The position numbers and the translations under genes were made by a program. Below, piece by piece: positions 1 to 13,888 of a stretch of DNA of 64,000 nucleotides; within the stretch, counting starts at the first letter, position 1, and each line of letters opens with the position of its first letter. The notes under the pieces are model-generated. The model was not told the origin of the DNA, searched no databases, and saw nothing but the letters and a program-made list of their open reading frames with translations. The stretch is from Rebecca billardiae RCC1528 (Eukaryota > Protista > Haptophyta), in assembly GCA_965240325.2 (NCBI GenBank), contig OZ251236.1:1178001-1242000 (forward strand), written 5' to 3'.

Positions 1-353
1 GGCGGCCGAGGACCGCCCCGGCCGGCGGTGCGGAAGCACTGCGCAGGCGGGTGGCGGGTCTACGATGCTTCGCCCTCGCCAAGGCGCGCGCTTCTTGCGG
101 CCGCAGATCTCCCAGTGGATGCGGCGCGTGGTCGGTGCCAAGGCGCATGCGGAATAGTGTGTGCCCCTCGTACCTGAACCTCACCCCGGCTGCTCGCCGG
201 ACCCAGCGCCATGACCGCTGCGCGCACCGCGTGCGCGTGCGGCTCGTAGTCGCGGCCACGCTTCGTCTGCAAACCGCGGGCGGTCAGAAGGATGCAGCAG
301 CTTCGGGAGGTGCCGCATCGGAGTGCCTGCTGCTTCGAGCTGCTGGTTCTTGC

Positions 354-455
354 TTCTCCCACCACCTGCGAGCACTCCCACCACCTGCGCGCTTGCTTCT
401 CCCACCACCTGCGCGCTTGCGTCTGCTTGCTTGGCTCCCACCACCTGCGCGCTTG
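354..455. repeat. Short degenerate tandem repeat, ~4 copies of CTCCCACCACCTGCGCGCTTG
   Basis: Core ctcccaccacctgcg recurs four times in the sequence. Confidence 0.85.
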
Positions 456-469
456 TTTGTTTCTTGCGT

Positions 470-792
470 GCAGCAGTACCATACCATGCACGCAGCAGTA
501 CCATACCATGCGCACAGCAGTGCCATACCATGCGCGCAGCAGTACCGCCAGTACCATACCAACATGCGTGCAGCAGTACCATACTGTACCATGCACGTGG
601 CAGTACCATACCATGCGCGCAGCAGTACTTACCATACTGCTACCATGCGCGCAGCAGTACCATACCATCATGCGTGCAGCAGTACCATACCATACGACCA
701 TGTGAGTGCCATACCACGCGCCCAGCAGTACCATACCATGCGCGCAGCAGTACCGCCAGTACTCTGTCACTACCATCATGCGTGCAGCAGTA
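470..792. repeat. Minisatellite, ~22-bp unit GCAGCAGTACCATACCATGCGC, roughly a dozen degenerate copies
   Basis: Head-to-tail copies with small indels and no unique spacers; explains the repetitive ORFs in all six frames. Confidence 0.9.
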
Positions 793-1266
793 TTGATGAT
801 AATGAAGTCGTGGTGGCCTGTGTGGCGCGCGGCGCTGACGGTCACGGAGCGGCCAGCGGGGCGAGCCCTGCATTCCGGTAGGACCGGGGTGAATGCAGCA
901 TTGCCGGGTGCAACCCGGCAATGCCCGCCTGAATGGTATGCATATATTCGATCGTCCACTTGGCATCACTTTGCATGCATGATGAATTAACTCCACGACG
1001 CTACTTTATTACTCGCTGCTCTCAGCCAGTCGCTCTGACCGAATAATGGTCTCTGAGGCTCTGACTATTAATAACTTAGTATTTGAGCATTGATGACTAA
1101 CTACTTTAGCTGTTAGCAGTAGCACGCACAGATTATCGGACGACTCGCGAGACGGCTCCGTACTATACTACTCAGCGCATAATATATATATTTAAGAGCT
1201 CATCTATATATATATGCGCTACACAAATAATGACGACGTCATCGGTAATGACAAGGCCATCAAGAC

Positions 1267-2115
1267 TCACGAGCCGAGGGACTCGCCAGTGCTGCGGCTC
1301 GCGCTCGCCGCGCCTGAGGAAGCCACTGCGCGGCTGTCTCCGCGCTGCGCGGCCCCGCGCGCACCGGGGCGCTCGTCGGCGTCGTCGGCGCCATCGGCGC
1401 CGTCGGCGTCGTCGGGCCCGCCGCCGTGCGCCAGCGTGCCGGGCAGCACGCACCGCCCGCCCAGCCGCGGCACGCCGCAGCCGTCGCAGATCTCATCGAG
1501 GGCGGCCTTGAGCGCCGGGCTGTCGACGGCCGGCAGCCGGAAGCGGCCGAGCCGCTTGCGCGAGAAGAGCGACGCGCCGTGCGCGTCCGCGGCGGAGGCG
1601 GCGGCGGGCATCACCGCGTCGAGGTGCTGCGCGAGGCCGAGCCAGCCCAGCACCTCCTGGCAGAAGCGCTCCGGATCTGCCTGCAGGTCCTCCAGACGGC
1701 AGCCGGCGATCGGCACGCCCGCCTCGCGCGCGCGCACGTATGAGCGACACAGCACGGCCCACAGCAGGCAGTACTTGGCGAAGAGGGGCAGCGCGGCGAA
1801 GTACGGCTCGCTGCGCGCCCAGTCGAGCGCGGGGTCGTCGCTCAGCACGATCAGCGCCGTGTGCGCCGCCGCGCTCGCCGGGAGGAGCCTGCGCAGTGCC
1901 GGCCACTGCAGCAGCGGATGGCGCAGCAAGTGTGCGGGCTCTGAGGAGAACGCGCGCGTCATCGACTGCACGGTGGGCAGGCCGTCGCGGTACAGGAAGA
2001 GGTGGCGCACGCCGGGCATCGCGTCGTGCAGCGCGCGCAGCAGCTTGAGCACGTGCCCGCGCGGCTTGATCACCGTGAGCGCGCGCGGCGCGCCATGCGC
2101 GTCCGCCGCGCCGAG

Positions 2116-2166
<51 letters not shown>

Positions 2167-2865
2167 CGCCGGCCGCGGCGGCGCCGGCTTGCAGAGCATG
2201 CGCATGACGGCGCGTATGAGCGCGCGCTGCGCGTCGTGCGAGATGCGCCCGAGCAGCAGCACGCACGTCAGCGCGTCCGGCTCGCGCAGCACGCGCGCGC
2301 CCGGCACGGCCTCGAGCATGTCACACACGTGCATGGAGCCGCACCGCGTCGTGTTCGAGAGGAGGACGACGCGCGAGGGCTCGATGGGCACGAGGTTGGA
2401 GATGCGCAGCATCGCCTGCAGCGGCATCCGGATCACGCGCACCGCCAGCTCGAACTGCACGTCGAAGAGGAAGGGCGAGGGCGCGCTCGCGCCCGCATAG
2501 ATGTCCGTGCCGGCCGGCACCTCGACAAACACGGCCTCGGTGGCGCTGAGCGCGTAGAGCGAGACCGTGTCCGCGAGCACGCACTCGGGAAGCTGCGCCG
2601 AGGCGAACGAGAGGATGAAGTCGTCCGCGCTCGCCAGCGAGACGGGCAGCTTGCGCCGGTGCAGGATGTCGTACACGCGCGCGCACCGCGCGTCGTCGTC
2701 GTCGTCGCCGTCCGCGCCCGCCTCGCCCGCGGCGCCGGCGCCGCGGAGCGGGCGCGCGGCAAGCAGCAGCCAGTCGAACGCCCAGCGGATGAGCATGAAG
2801 CGCCGCATGCGCAGGAGCTCGAGCGCGCTCTCGAGCGCCCAGCGCGCGTCATCGAGCGACCACAT
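1267..2865 (-). CDS. Sulfotransferase-like P-loop protein (532 aa, intronless)
   Basis: VVLLSNTTRCGS resembles the 5'-PSB loop and HLFLYRD..TVQS the 3'-PB motif of PAPS-dependent sulfotransferase folds; LEDLQADP also fits; GC3-rich coding pattern. Confidence 0.7.
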
Positions 2866-3025
2866 GCGGTGTCATTCGTCAGCAGCAGCACGCGGGCCGT
2901 ACCGGACCGCACGGGCACGGGCACTCCGGCCGCCAGCACCTGCCGGTCGGCACCGCCGCCGGCGGCGTTCCGTGATGGCGGCGTCGCTGGCCTACCGGTA
3001 GGGGCGCAGGCACCGGTCGAGCGGC

Positions 3026-4144
3026 ATGGCGCGCTTCATCGCCGGCTGGGTGCTGCGCTCGGCGCAGCGGTACATCAAGACCGACCTCTCGGCGCTGCGC
3101 CTCAGCCTGTGGGGCGGCGACATCGTGCTGCGCGACGTCGAGCTCGAGCTGGAGGCGCTGCGCGAGCACTTCTTTGCGCACGTGCCGCTCACCTTCTCGC
3201 GCGGGTACATCAAGGAGCTGTGCATACACATCCCGTGGGCCAAGCTCAGCTCGGAGCCCATGGTCATCGCCGTCGACACGGTCGAGATCGTCATCTCGCT
3301 CAGGCACGCGCACTCGGACGCGCCGCCGCGCGCGCGCGCGAGCGACGCGCGCGCCGACGGCGAGCGCCCAGACGCGTCGCCCGCGCGCGGCGGCGGCGGC
3401 GGCGGCGGGCTCGGCGCGGAGGAGCCGGACGACGCGCCCCGCTCGCTCCTCCGCTCGCTCCTCCTCTCGATCCTCGCCCAGCTCGTGCTGCGCGTGCGCA
3501 ACGCGGTGCTCCGATTTGAGGAGGGCTCGGTCGTGGCGAGCGTCAGCCTGCCCGCCATGCACTTTGGGTCGGTGGACGCGCGCTGGGTGGCGCAGCCGGG
3601 GGCGCAGCCGCTCGAGGGCTCGTCGATGCTGCTGCGCAAGCAGCTCCGCCTCGACGACCTCACCGTCTGCCTCGACCGCCGCGCCTCGGCCGCGTGCCCG
3701 CTCCCGTTCTATGAGCAGCCGGTCCTCAACCGCCTGACGGTCGTGGCGCGGCTGCAGGCTCACACGGAGCCGAGGGCGCTGCTGCGCGAGGGCGGTGCGT
3801 GGGAGGGCGGCGCGGAGGAGGGCGGCGCCGCGCCGCGCGCGCCCGCGCACCTCGCCGTCGAGCTGCAGCTCTCGCACGTGCGCTGCTGCCTCTCCGAGGC
3901 GCAGCTGCAGATGGTGGCGGCGGTGGCGCGCGCCGCACTGTCACTTCACGGCCGGCTCGCGGCCGAGCGCGCGCGCGGCCGCGCGGCGCGCGAGGGGGAA
4001 GGGTGCGCGCTGGTCGGGCTCGAGCGCGGCTGGTCGCGCGCGTCCGCGCCGCCGGGCGCCGCCGGCGGCCCCGGCTCCGCCGCCGCGCCCCTTTCCCCCG
4101 GCACGCCCGCGCTGCTGCGCGCCGCTTCGCCCGAGGGATGGACG

Positions 4145-4180
<36 letters not shown>

Positions 4181-4797
4181 TGCGGTCTGAGGTGGCTGCC
4201 CTCGGCCGCCGCGGGCGACGAGGGCGACTGGGTGGTGACGCCGCAGCTGGGGCACGGCGGCGCGCCGGTGGTGCCGGGCGCGGGGGAGGGGCGGCGCAGC
4301 CCGGGGCCGGGGGGCGAGGGGGCCGAGTCCGGGCGGCGCGAGTCCTGGTGGGGGTGGGCGCGCGCTGTGCTGTCGGACGCCGTCGCGCCGGACGAGGTTG
4401 CGGGGGCGGCGGAGGAGGCGGGGGCGGAGGCGGCGGCGAGGGCGGGGGCGGAGGCGAGGGCGGAGGCGCGCGCGAGGCGTGGCGGCGGCGGTGGGCTCGG
4501 CGCGCGCGAGGCGGAGCCGGGCTGGCCCGCTCGCGCCGCCGAGCCCCGCGCCACCGCCTCCGGCGCGTGCGCAGCCGCCGCCTCTGCCGAGCTCGCCGCC
4601 GGCGGCGGTGCGTCTGATCTCCCCGCGTCCCCTCTGGCGGCGGCGTCCCCGCTGGCGCGGATGGAGTCCGCGGCGCTCGCGGGGCGGCTGCGCGCGTCGC
4701 TGGTGGTGGCGGTGCCCGCGCTCAGCGTCACGCTCCTCTCCGGCACCGACGACGCGGACGGCCTCGACGGCGGCGGTGCTGCGCCCACCGCCGCCGC

Positions 4798-4840
<43 letters not shown>

Positions 4841-7800
4841 CGGCTTGGCGGCGCCGCGGCGCCCGACGCCGCCGACAGCGCCGTGCGCGGCGCTCGAGCG
4901 GACGAGACGCCGGGGCTGCCCTCGCCGCCGCCCGGCCGCGGCGGCGCCCGCCGCCGCCGCGCGCACCAGCAGCTGTGCTGCCTGCAGTTGAATGGACTGC
5001 TTCTCGAGGCGCGCGCGTCGGCCGCGGACAAGGCTCAGGGCGTAGGCGGCACGGTGCGCGCGCACGTGCACGCGGTGGCGCTGAGCGCGGCGCGCGCGCC
5101 GGGCGGCGCGCACGCGACCGTGGTGTGCGCCGAGGGCGCGGCGCGCGGCGAGCCGCCGCCGCCGCTCCCGCTCGCGCAGCTGCGCGCCGTGCGCGCGGCG
5201 CACCTCGGCACGCGCGCTCGCGAGCCGCTGCCGCCGCTGTGGCTGGATGGCGATGGCGGCGGCGGCGCGCGGCGCGCAGGCAGCCGCCCCGCGGAGGAGG
5301 AGGGCGGCAGTGGTGGCGAGCGGCGCGGCGCGGCCGGGCCGGCGGGCGCGGCCGACGCCGACGCCGACGCGGCCGCCGACGCCGACGCGTCCGCCGCCGC
5401 CGGCGCGGCGCCGCCGCCCGAGCGCGCGCCGGGCGGCGCGGGCTCAGGATGGGAGGGGCTCGGCGCGAGCGCTGCCGACGGCGGCGCTCTGCGTCTTGTC
5501 TTCAGCCGCGCGCCGCGCGCGCGCGCGCAGCCGCCCGCGTGCGCGGCACGCGGCCGCGCGCTCAGCTGCGAGAGCGCGGCGTCGGCGCCGCCGCCGTGCG
5601 CGTCGCGCGAGCGCTCAGCCGCGTCCGCCGCCGCTGACGACGGCCCCGCGCCCGCGCCCGCGCCGGACACGCTGCGCGCGCGCGCCGCGCCTCTCGTGGT
5701 GTGCGCGGACGCGGAGCTGAGCGCGGCGCTGGTGCGGTTCTTCTCGCACCTGCGGCGCGCGACGCACACGGCGGTGTCGCCGAGCGCGGACGGGCGCGGC
5801 GGCGCCGCGGGGCCGAGGGCGGGGGCGCGAGCCGACGAATTATCGGCCGCGCCGGCCGCGCTGTCGCCGGCTGGCGCGCGCTCAGCGCAGGGCGTGCGCG
5901 CGCCGCGACACTCGGCGCCTCCCGCGGTGCCCGCGGCTGCGGACGCGCCGGCCGGCGGCGCCGCCGCTTCGCCGCCGCCGCCGGTGACCTCGCAGCCCTC
6001 GGCGGAGTGGACGAGCGTGGACGCCAAGGCGCCGAGCCCTGTGGTCCACCTCTGCCGCACCGACTCAACTGCCTCCGCCTCGGCGGCGCGCGCGCTGAGC
6101 CCGCGCGCCGCCGCGGCCGCGCGCGCGCCCGCCGTGCCGCCGCCGCCGCTGTGTGTTGAGCTGAGCTGCGGCGCCATCACGCTGCTGTGCGCGCCGCGCG
6201 CGCAGCCGGCCGCGAGCGAGCCGCCGTCGCCGCCGCCGGGGATCGCGGAGGCCGCGGCCGAGCCGGGTGGCGGCGCGCGCGCGCACACGCCCACGCCGCC
6301 GCGCGGCTCGCCAGCGCGCGGCGCGGCCGACGGCGCGGCGGGCTCGCGCGCGCGCGCCGGCTCGGCGGCGGGCACGCTGCCGGCGGCGGCGGCGGCGGGT
6401 GCGTCGCCGCCGCCGCCGCGCGGCGGCGTGTGCGCCGCGTGCGCGTGCTCGCCGCTGCTCGCCGAGCCGCTGCCGCTCGTCAGCTCGCCGCCGCGCGCCG
6501 CCCCCGACGCGTGCGGTCTAGACACAGTCAGCGCGTCTCGGCTGCAGATGGAGCAAGCTCGCGCGCGCGCCAACTCGACACCCGTGGCGCCGCCGCCGCC
6601 GGGCGGCGTGGGCGGCGCGGGCGGCGCGGCGTGCGGCCGCGCGGCGCACTGCTGCCCGCCCGGCTCGCCGCTCGCGCGCGCGTCGCCGCAGGAGGGGCGC
6701 GCCGCGCCGCTCGCCGAGCAGGGCGGGCGCACACTTGCCCTGCCGCCGCCCGCGCTGCCGTCGTCGCGCGCGCCGCCGCCGCCGGGCGCGCCGCCGCCGC
6801 CGGGCGCGCCGCCGCCGCCGGGCGCGCCGCTGCTCGGCGGGCCGCGCGCGGCCGACGGCGCGGCCGCGGCCGCGGACGGCGCGGCGCCGCCGCCGCTGCT
6901 CGTGGCGCTGCCCGCGCTCGCCATCGTGATCGGCAGCGTCGAGCTGCGCGCGCGCGTGCCCGGCGCGCGCGGCGCCTCGTGCGAGGGGCGCCCCGCCGCC
7001 GACGGCGGCGCGGGCACGGCTTCGGCCCTGCTGAGTGTGCACGCTGCGCCGCTGTCGGTGTGCGTGCTGCTGCCAGCGCAGCGCGCGCAGGCGGCCGAGG
7101 CGCGCGGCGCGGCGGGCGCGGGCGCGCCGCCGTCCTCGCCGCCGCGCTGGGCGGCCCACGACGGCGCGAGCGAGCCGGGCGCGCCGCCGAGCGCGCTATT
7201 TGCGACGCTGCTGCCGCCGCCGCGCACGCCCGGCGCACCGCCCGCCTCGGCCGGCGCGGCCGCGGCCGGCGCGCGCGCGCGCTCGCCGCCGCCGCCGCCG
7301 CCGCCGTCACTCGTGGCGCAGTGCGCGTGCACCGTGGTGCTCGCGCACTGCGACGCCGACGCCGACGGCGCCGACGGCGCCGACGGCGGCGGCACCGCGC
7401 CGCCAGAGACCGGGGTGTTGACTGAGCCGCTGCCTGACAGCGCGGCCGCGCGCCGCGCGCGGCCGCGGCTGCAGCTGCGCGCGAGCGTGCACGGCTGCGG
7501 CGGCGCGCCCGGCGGCGCGGCGGAGGGCGGCGCGGCGGGCGGCGTCGAGGGCCCGGGAGAGGGCCCGGTGCTGCGCGCGCGCCTGAGCGACGAGACCCTC
7601 GGCGTGTTGCTCGGTGCCGTAGCTCACATCGTCCGCAGCGCGCGGCGCGCGCGCGCCGCGGCGGTGCGTAGCGACTGCGAGCCCATGCCCGCCGCTGCCG
7701 CCGCCGCCGCCGCTGCCGCCGCCGCCGCCGCTGACGCGCGCGGGCCGCCGCGCGCGCCGCGCGAGCGCGCGCTGCGCCGCGTGCGCGTGCGGCTGAGCCG

Positions 7801-9778
7801 CGTGCGCCTCGAGCTGGGCCGCGCGCCGGGCTCGGCGGCGGAGGGCGCGCCGGCCGCGTGCGCAGCGCTCGAGCTTGGAAGCTCAGCACTCGACTTGGCG
7901 TTGGGGGCGGAGGCGCGCGCGGCGGCGGGCGCGGCGGTGCCGCCGCCGCCGCCGCTGCTGTCGGCGAGGCTCGGCGCGGTGCGGCTGTTCGCGCTCTCGC
8001 AGCGGAGGCGGGGGCAGCGCGTGCGCGGCGCGCCGCCGCTGCTCGAATGCGCGGCGCACTCGCCCGAGCACGATGGCGCGGCCGAGCGCGCGCGCGCGCC
8101 GACCGGCGGCGCGCCCGCCGCGGCCGACGGCGGCGCGGCGGGGGGCGAGTATTCGATGCGGCTGCTGCTGCCGGCGCGCGCCACCGCCGCCGCCGAGCGC
8201 GCCGACGCTGTCGGCGCGGCCGCGCAGCCCTCGGCGCGGCTGGCTCGGCTCAGTGTCGCGCCCATCCGCGTGCAGCTGCTGGCTCCGACCTCGGCGTGCG
8301 CGGAGCGGCGCGGCGCGAGCGGAGGCGGGCGCGGCGGCGGCGAGGCGGCGGCGGGCGCACCGGCGGAGGCGGCGGCGGCGGAGGCGTCCGCGGAGGCGGC
8401 GGCGGCGGAGGAGGAGGGCGATGGCGGCGGCACGCTGCATGCGCTCGGGGCGCTGATCGAGGTACTGGTCGTGGGCGGGCGCTCCGGCCTGGCCCTGCAC
8501 GGCGCGCGCCCGCAAGCGCACGCGCCGCTCGCCGCCGCCGTCAACGCGCCGGCCGCGCGACCGCACCCGCCGCCGCCGCCGCTCGGCGCGCCGGCGCCTG
8601 GGGGCGCGCACCCGCGCGCCGCCGATGGCGGCGGGGAGCCCGGCAGCCGCCCGCTGCTCGCCGTGACGACGGGCGCGCTGAGCGCCGTGCTGCGCGCGCC
8701 CGGCGCGGCACTGACCCTGTCTCTGTGCGATGGCGTGCGCGCGCACTTGTGCGAGCGCGCGCGCGCGGACGGCGGCGGCGGTTGCGTGCGCGAGCTCAGC
8801 GCGTGCGCCACGGTGCGCACGGCGCTGGCGGGCGGCGAGCCCGGCGACGGTGGGTCCCAGCGCGCGGGCGCGGCGCCCCCGCCTCCTCCCTCGCCGCCGC
8901 TGCTCTCGCCGCTGCGTCTCGAGCTCAGCGCGGCGCGCGCGCTCGGCGGCGCGCGCGCGCACGCGGGCCCGGCGCGCGTGCGCGTCCAAGCGAGCTGCGC
9001 GGACGGCGGCGCCGCCAGCGCGGACGGCGGCGGCGCTGCCACGCCCGAGGGCGCGGCGGGCACCGCCGAGCTCGGCGCCGCCGGGGCCGCAGGCTTCGAC
9101 GCGGCCGGCGCGGCGCGCGCCCCCGCCGCCGCGGCCGCCGAGCGCGCGCCGCCGCCGGCTGTTGTCCTTTGGGGGTCCGCGCGCGCACTCACGCGGCTGG
9201 CGCGGCTTGGCCGCAGCGCGCGCGCCGCCGCGCCCAACGGCGCGCGCGTCGCCGCGGCGCGCGCGCGGCTCGGTGTGCGCTGGGGGCTGCCGCCGCTCCC
9301 GCCGCCGGCGCCGCGCGCCGCTCTGCCCGCCTCCGCGCCGTCCGCCGCCGCCGCCGCCGCCACCAGCGACGACCTCGCGCCAAGCGCTGGCCTGGCTGCG
9401 GCGGGCGGCGCGGCGGCGGGCGCGCGGCCGCGGCCGGGTCAGCTCACGCTCTCTCGCGCGGGCGCGCCGGGCGCGGAGTGCTGGGTCGCGTGGCGGTACG
9501 CGTGGCCGCGCGCCGTCACGCGCGCGGCGCTGAGCGCCGCGCCGCGCGCGCGCGGCGGCGGTGGCGCGCACTCGCAAACGCCGCCGTCAATGTCGGCTGC
9601 CGCTGCGCGCGCCGCTGCCGCCGCAAGTCCCGCGCTGCGCGGCGCGGCAGGGGGCGGCGACACGGCCGAGGTGGCGGCTGTCCGCGCGCTGGCCGGGCGC
9701 GCGTGTGTCCTCGAGCGCTGGGACGAGCTGGGCGGCCGTTACGTGCACGTGGCCGCCCTGCGCCCACTGCGGCACCAA

Positions 9779-9846
<68 letters not shown>

Positions 9847-10001
9847 GGCCGGCTCCGAGGGCGGCGCAGGCGTGTGGGAGGCGGTGGGCGCGGCGGAGGG
9901 CGCTGTGGAGTGGCGGCTGCGGCTGCTGCCGCACAGAGGCGGCGGCGCGGCCGCGGTGGGCGCGCCCCCGGCCGCTCCGGACGCCGAGCCGGGCGGCGGC
10001 A

Positions 10002-10032
<31 letters not shown>

Positions 10033-12761
10033 AGGCGCAGGCGGCGGCGGCGGGCCAGACGCAGCCGCGGCGGCGCTGCTCGAGTGCGCGCGCATCGACT
10101 CGGCCGCCGCGCCGCCCGGCTGCATGGCCCTGGCCGTGCTCGAGCTGGGGTCTCCACTGCTGCTGCGCGCGGTGTGGGCGGAGGCGGCGGCGGCCGAAGG
10201 CGGGCAGCGCGCCGCGTGCCGCGCGCTTCTCAGCGCCTCAGTGCGCGTGCCGAGCGCGCGCGCGGCCGCGTGGCCGCGCGCCGCGCCCGGCGCTCGGCTG
10301 CGCGCGCGCGCGAGCGCCGCGCTGAGCGTGGACGGCGTGCGCGCGGCGGATGGCGGCGCGCTGCCGCGGCTCGCGCACGCAGAGCTGAGCGCAGAGCTGA
10401 GCGCGCTCGGCACCGCGACGGACGGCGGCGCGGAGCTCGCGCTTGAGCTCGACGTGGGCCGGCTGTGCGCGCGCGGCGGCGCGGGCGGCGCGCGCCTCTG
10501 CGCGCACGTGGCGGCGAGCGCGGCGCACGCGCTGCGCGCGGCGGCGGGCGCGGCGGGGACGGGGCCGCCGCCGCCGTACGCACACTGCTACGCGCGCAGC
10601 CTCGCGGCGCTCGAGCTCGAGGTGAGTGCCGCGCCGCGCCCGCCCGACGGCGCGGCGGGCTGGGCGGCGCTCGGCGGCGCGGCGCCTGGCGTGCCCTTGT
10701 GGTGGCGCCAGCCCGCGGCGGAGGCGGCGGCGGCGGCGGCGGCGGCCGAGCCGCGCGCGGGTGGCTCGCGCGGCGGCTCGTGGCGCGGCGGCGGCGGCAC
10801 CGGCGGCGGCGGCGCGCGCGAGGGCGAGGGCCGCGTGGTGTGGGTGCGGCTCTGCGCCGCGCCGGGCGGCGCCGCCGCCGACGAGCCGCCGCCCGCCGTT
10901 GCGGTGCACGTGCCGGAGGATGGCGGCCATGGCGGCGGCGGCGGCGAGTGGCAGCGGCTGGTGCTGAGCCGAGCGGGCGCGAGCGCGCCGCTGCTGGCGT
11001 GGGCGCACGTCTCGCACGCCTCGCACGGCGCCGCCCACCTCGAGCTTCACGCCGAGCTGCTGATCACAAACCGCACCGCCACGGCGCTGGCGCTCAGGGT
11101 GCACGGGCCGCTGGCGGCGCTGTGTGCGTACCGGGCGCTGCCGCCGGCGGCGTGCGCGGGCGTGCGCGCGCTGCGGGCGGAGGCGGGGGCGGAGGCGCGC
11201 GAGGCGGGCGGCGGCGCCGAGGCGGGCCCGCCGTGCGCGCTGCCGCACGCCGAGGCGCGCGCGGGCGGCGGCGCGCCCCGCGCAGTGCTGCTGCCTCCGG
11301 GCGCGGCGGTGGCGCTCGGCGTGGCGGCGCGCGCCGCGGACGCGCACGCGGCGCAGCGCGTGGCGCAGGCGCGCGGCGGCGCGGCGACGTGGGTTGATGT
11401 GCGCTTCGTGCCCGGCGCGGCCGAGCCCGAGCCCGCGCCCGCCGCCCACGGCGCACGCGCGCAGCCGCCGCCGCTGCCGCCGGCTGCGTGCATTCCACTG
11501 CCGCTGCGCGCGGGCGGCGCGCCGCCGCCTTGCTACGCAGGGAGCGTGGTGCTGGCGGTGCCGGCCGAGTCTGAGCGCGCGGCGCGCACGCAGGCGCAGG
11601 CGCAGGCGCTGCTGTGCTGCAGTGTGCGCATGCAGGGCGACGCCGCGGCCGAGCTCGGCGGCGCGTGGCGCGCGCGCGCCGCCGCCGACGCCGCCGCCGC
11701 CGCCGCCACCGCGACGGTCGGCGGCGGCGAGGCGGGCGGCGCCGCCGCTGAGGGTCCGGTGCGCTGCGCCTCCGGCCCCGGAGTGCTCGACTTCTGCTGC
11801 GCGCTCACGCTGGTCAACGAGACGGCCGTGCCGCTGCAACTCGGCACGCCGCCGCGCGCGCTGCTGCGCCGCGGAAGCGCCGGCATTGACCCCCCGCGCG
11901 GCGGCGGCGGCGGCGCGGACGGCGCGGCGGCGGCGTGGGCGCCGGCGGGCGCGGCGCGGACGGTGCGCGCCGGGCGCGCGCTGCCGCTGCCGCTGCCGCC
12001 GAGCGGCTCGGGCACGGCGCTGCTGCTGCGCGTGCACGGGTACGCGCCCGCCGTGCTGCCTGTCTGGGTCGACCCGGCGGGAGAGCTGCGCGCCGCGCCG
12101 GCCGCGGAGTCGGCGGCCGCAGCAGCCGGCGGCGGCGGCGGCGGCCGGGGCGCCGCCGAGGGCGGTGCGCGCGGCGAGGGTCAGGAGCACCTGCTCGAGC
12201 TCGCGGCGGACGCGCCGCTGCGCCCGGCCGACGAAGACGAGGCGGAGGAGGAGGCACGGCCGGGCCTCGGCCTCGACGGCGGCGGCTGCGGCGCGTCGCT
12301 TCCGCTCGCTCTGAGCGTGGAGCCGCCGCGCGCGGGCGCGGGCGCGCGCGTGCGCGTGCGAGGTGTCGCGGCGCCGGGCAAGCGGAGCGGCGGCGCGCGC
12401 CCGACGGTGGTGCTGGACAACCGGAGCGGCGTCGCCGTGTGCGCGCGCTGGTGCGAGCTGGGGGCCTCGCAGCCGGCGCCGCCGCCCGACGCCGCCGCCG
12501 CCGCCGCCGCCGCGTGCGTACTCGTGTGCGCGCGCGCGCGCTCGTGCGCGCTGCCCGCGCCCGCGCGCGGCGGCGCGCTGCTGGGAGGACGACGGCTGGG
12601 GCTGCAGCTGGCGTGCGCGGCGGCGGGGTGGCGCCCGCCTGCACGCGCGCGCGCGCAGCACGGGCGCGGCTGGTGGCTCCACGCCGACCGCGCGGAGCAC
12701 CCCTCGCCCTTCTCACCCTGGTGCGAACCGCTTGATGTGCTCGCGGCCGCGCGCTCGGCTG

Positions 12762-12794
<33 letters not shown>

Positions 12795-13619
12795 ACGGTG
12801 ACGGTGGCGGCGGTGACGGCGGTGGCGGTGGCGGCGTGCTCGGTGGCCGGACGGAGTGGCAGCTGGTGGGCAGCGTGTGCGCGGCGCTGCCCGACGGCGG
12901 CGGCTTCGTCTCCCTCGGCGTGGGCGCGCGGCACCACCGCGGCACGCACGCGCTCACCCTCGTGCTCTCCCCGCGGCACTCAATCCTCAGCCTCGCGCCG
13001 CGCGGATGGGCCGTGCACGTCGCCCCCGCCGGCGCCTTCGCGTTTCACACGCTGCCGCCGCCCGCTGCGGGCGGGTCGGGCGGCGAGGGGAGCGTCGTGC
13101 CGCTCGAGACGTGGGCGATGGCGGAGGCCGAGGCCGAGTCGGACGACGACGACGACGACGGCGGCGGCGCGGGCGTCGACGACGGCGGCGGCGCCGATGG
13201 CGGCGGCGGCGCGGCCGGCGACGACGGCGGCGGCGCCGAGGGCGGCGCGGTCGGCCCCCGGCCGTACGCGCGCGTGCGGCTGCGGCTCGTGCGCGGCGGC
13301 GCGGCCGGCGCGCCCGCCGACGCGCTCGCCGACGGCGCCGCGCTCACGACCCACTGGTCTGGTGAAGTGCGGGTGGGGCGCGTGGGCGTGTGCGTGCGCT
13401 CGCTGCTGCAGCTCGACGGCGGGCGGCTGCACTGCGTGCGCTGCAGCACGACGCTCGCGGGGGCGACGCTGCTGACGGTGGTGAGCGTGGAGGAGGAGCA
13501 CCCCACGCACCTGATCGCAAACCTCACCACGCGCGCCCTCGCCGTCTCACTCACGCCGGGCCACTGCGCGCTCGCGAGACTCGCGCGCGCGCCGCCGGGC
13601 GCGCCGCCACCGGCCAGCA

Positions 13620-13673
<54 letters not shown>

Positions 13674-13856
13674 TGCGCGTGGCCCCTGGCCGCTTCAGCG
13701 TCATCCTCGCCCCCGGCGCGTGCACGCCGTGCGCGTGGGAGCCAAGGCGGCTAGGCGGCCGCGCCGCCGCCGCCACCGACGGCAGCAGTCGCGCAGACGA
13801 CGCGGACGACGGCGCGCCGCCCTCCGACGGCGCCGACGCGGCACGGCCCAAGCACA

Positions 13857-13888
<32 letters not shown>

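Noticed and set aside
354-792. CRISPR-like array
   Set aside because: Units are head-to-tail with no unique spacers, no cas genes, and the context is eukaryotic.
51-996. Overlapping ORFs of 100-300 aa
   Set aside because: They are translations of the minisatellite.
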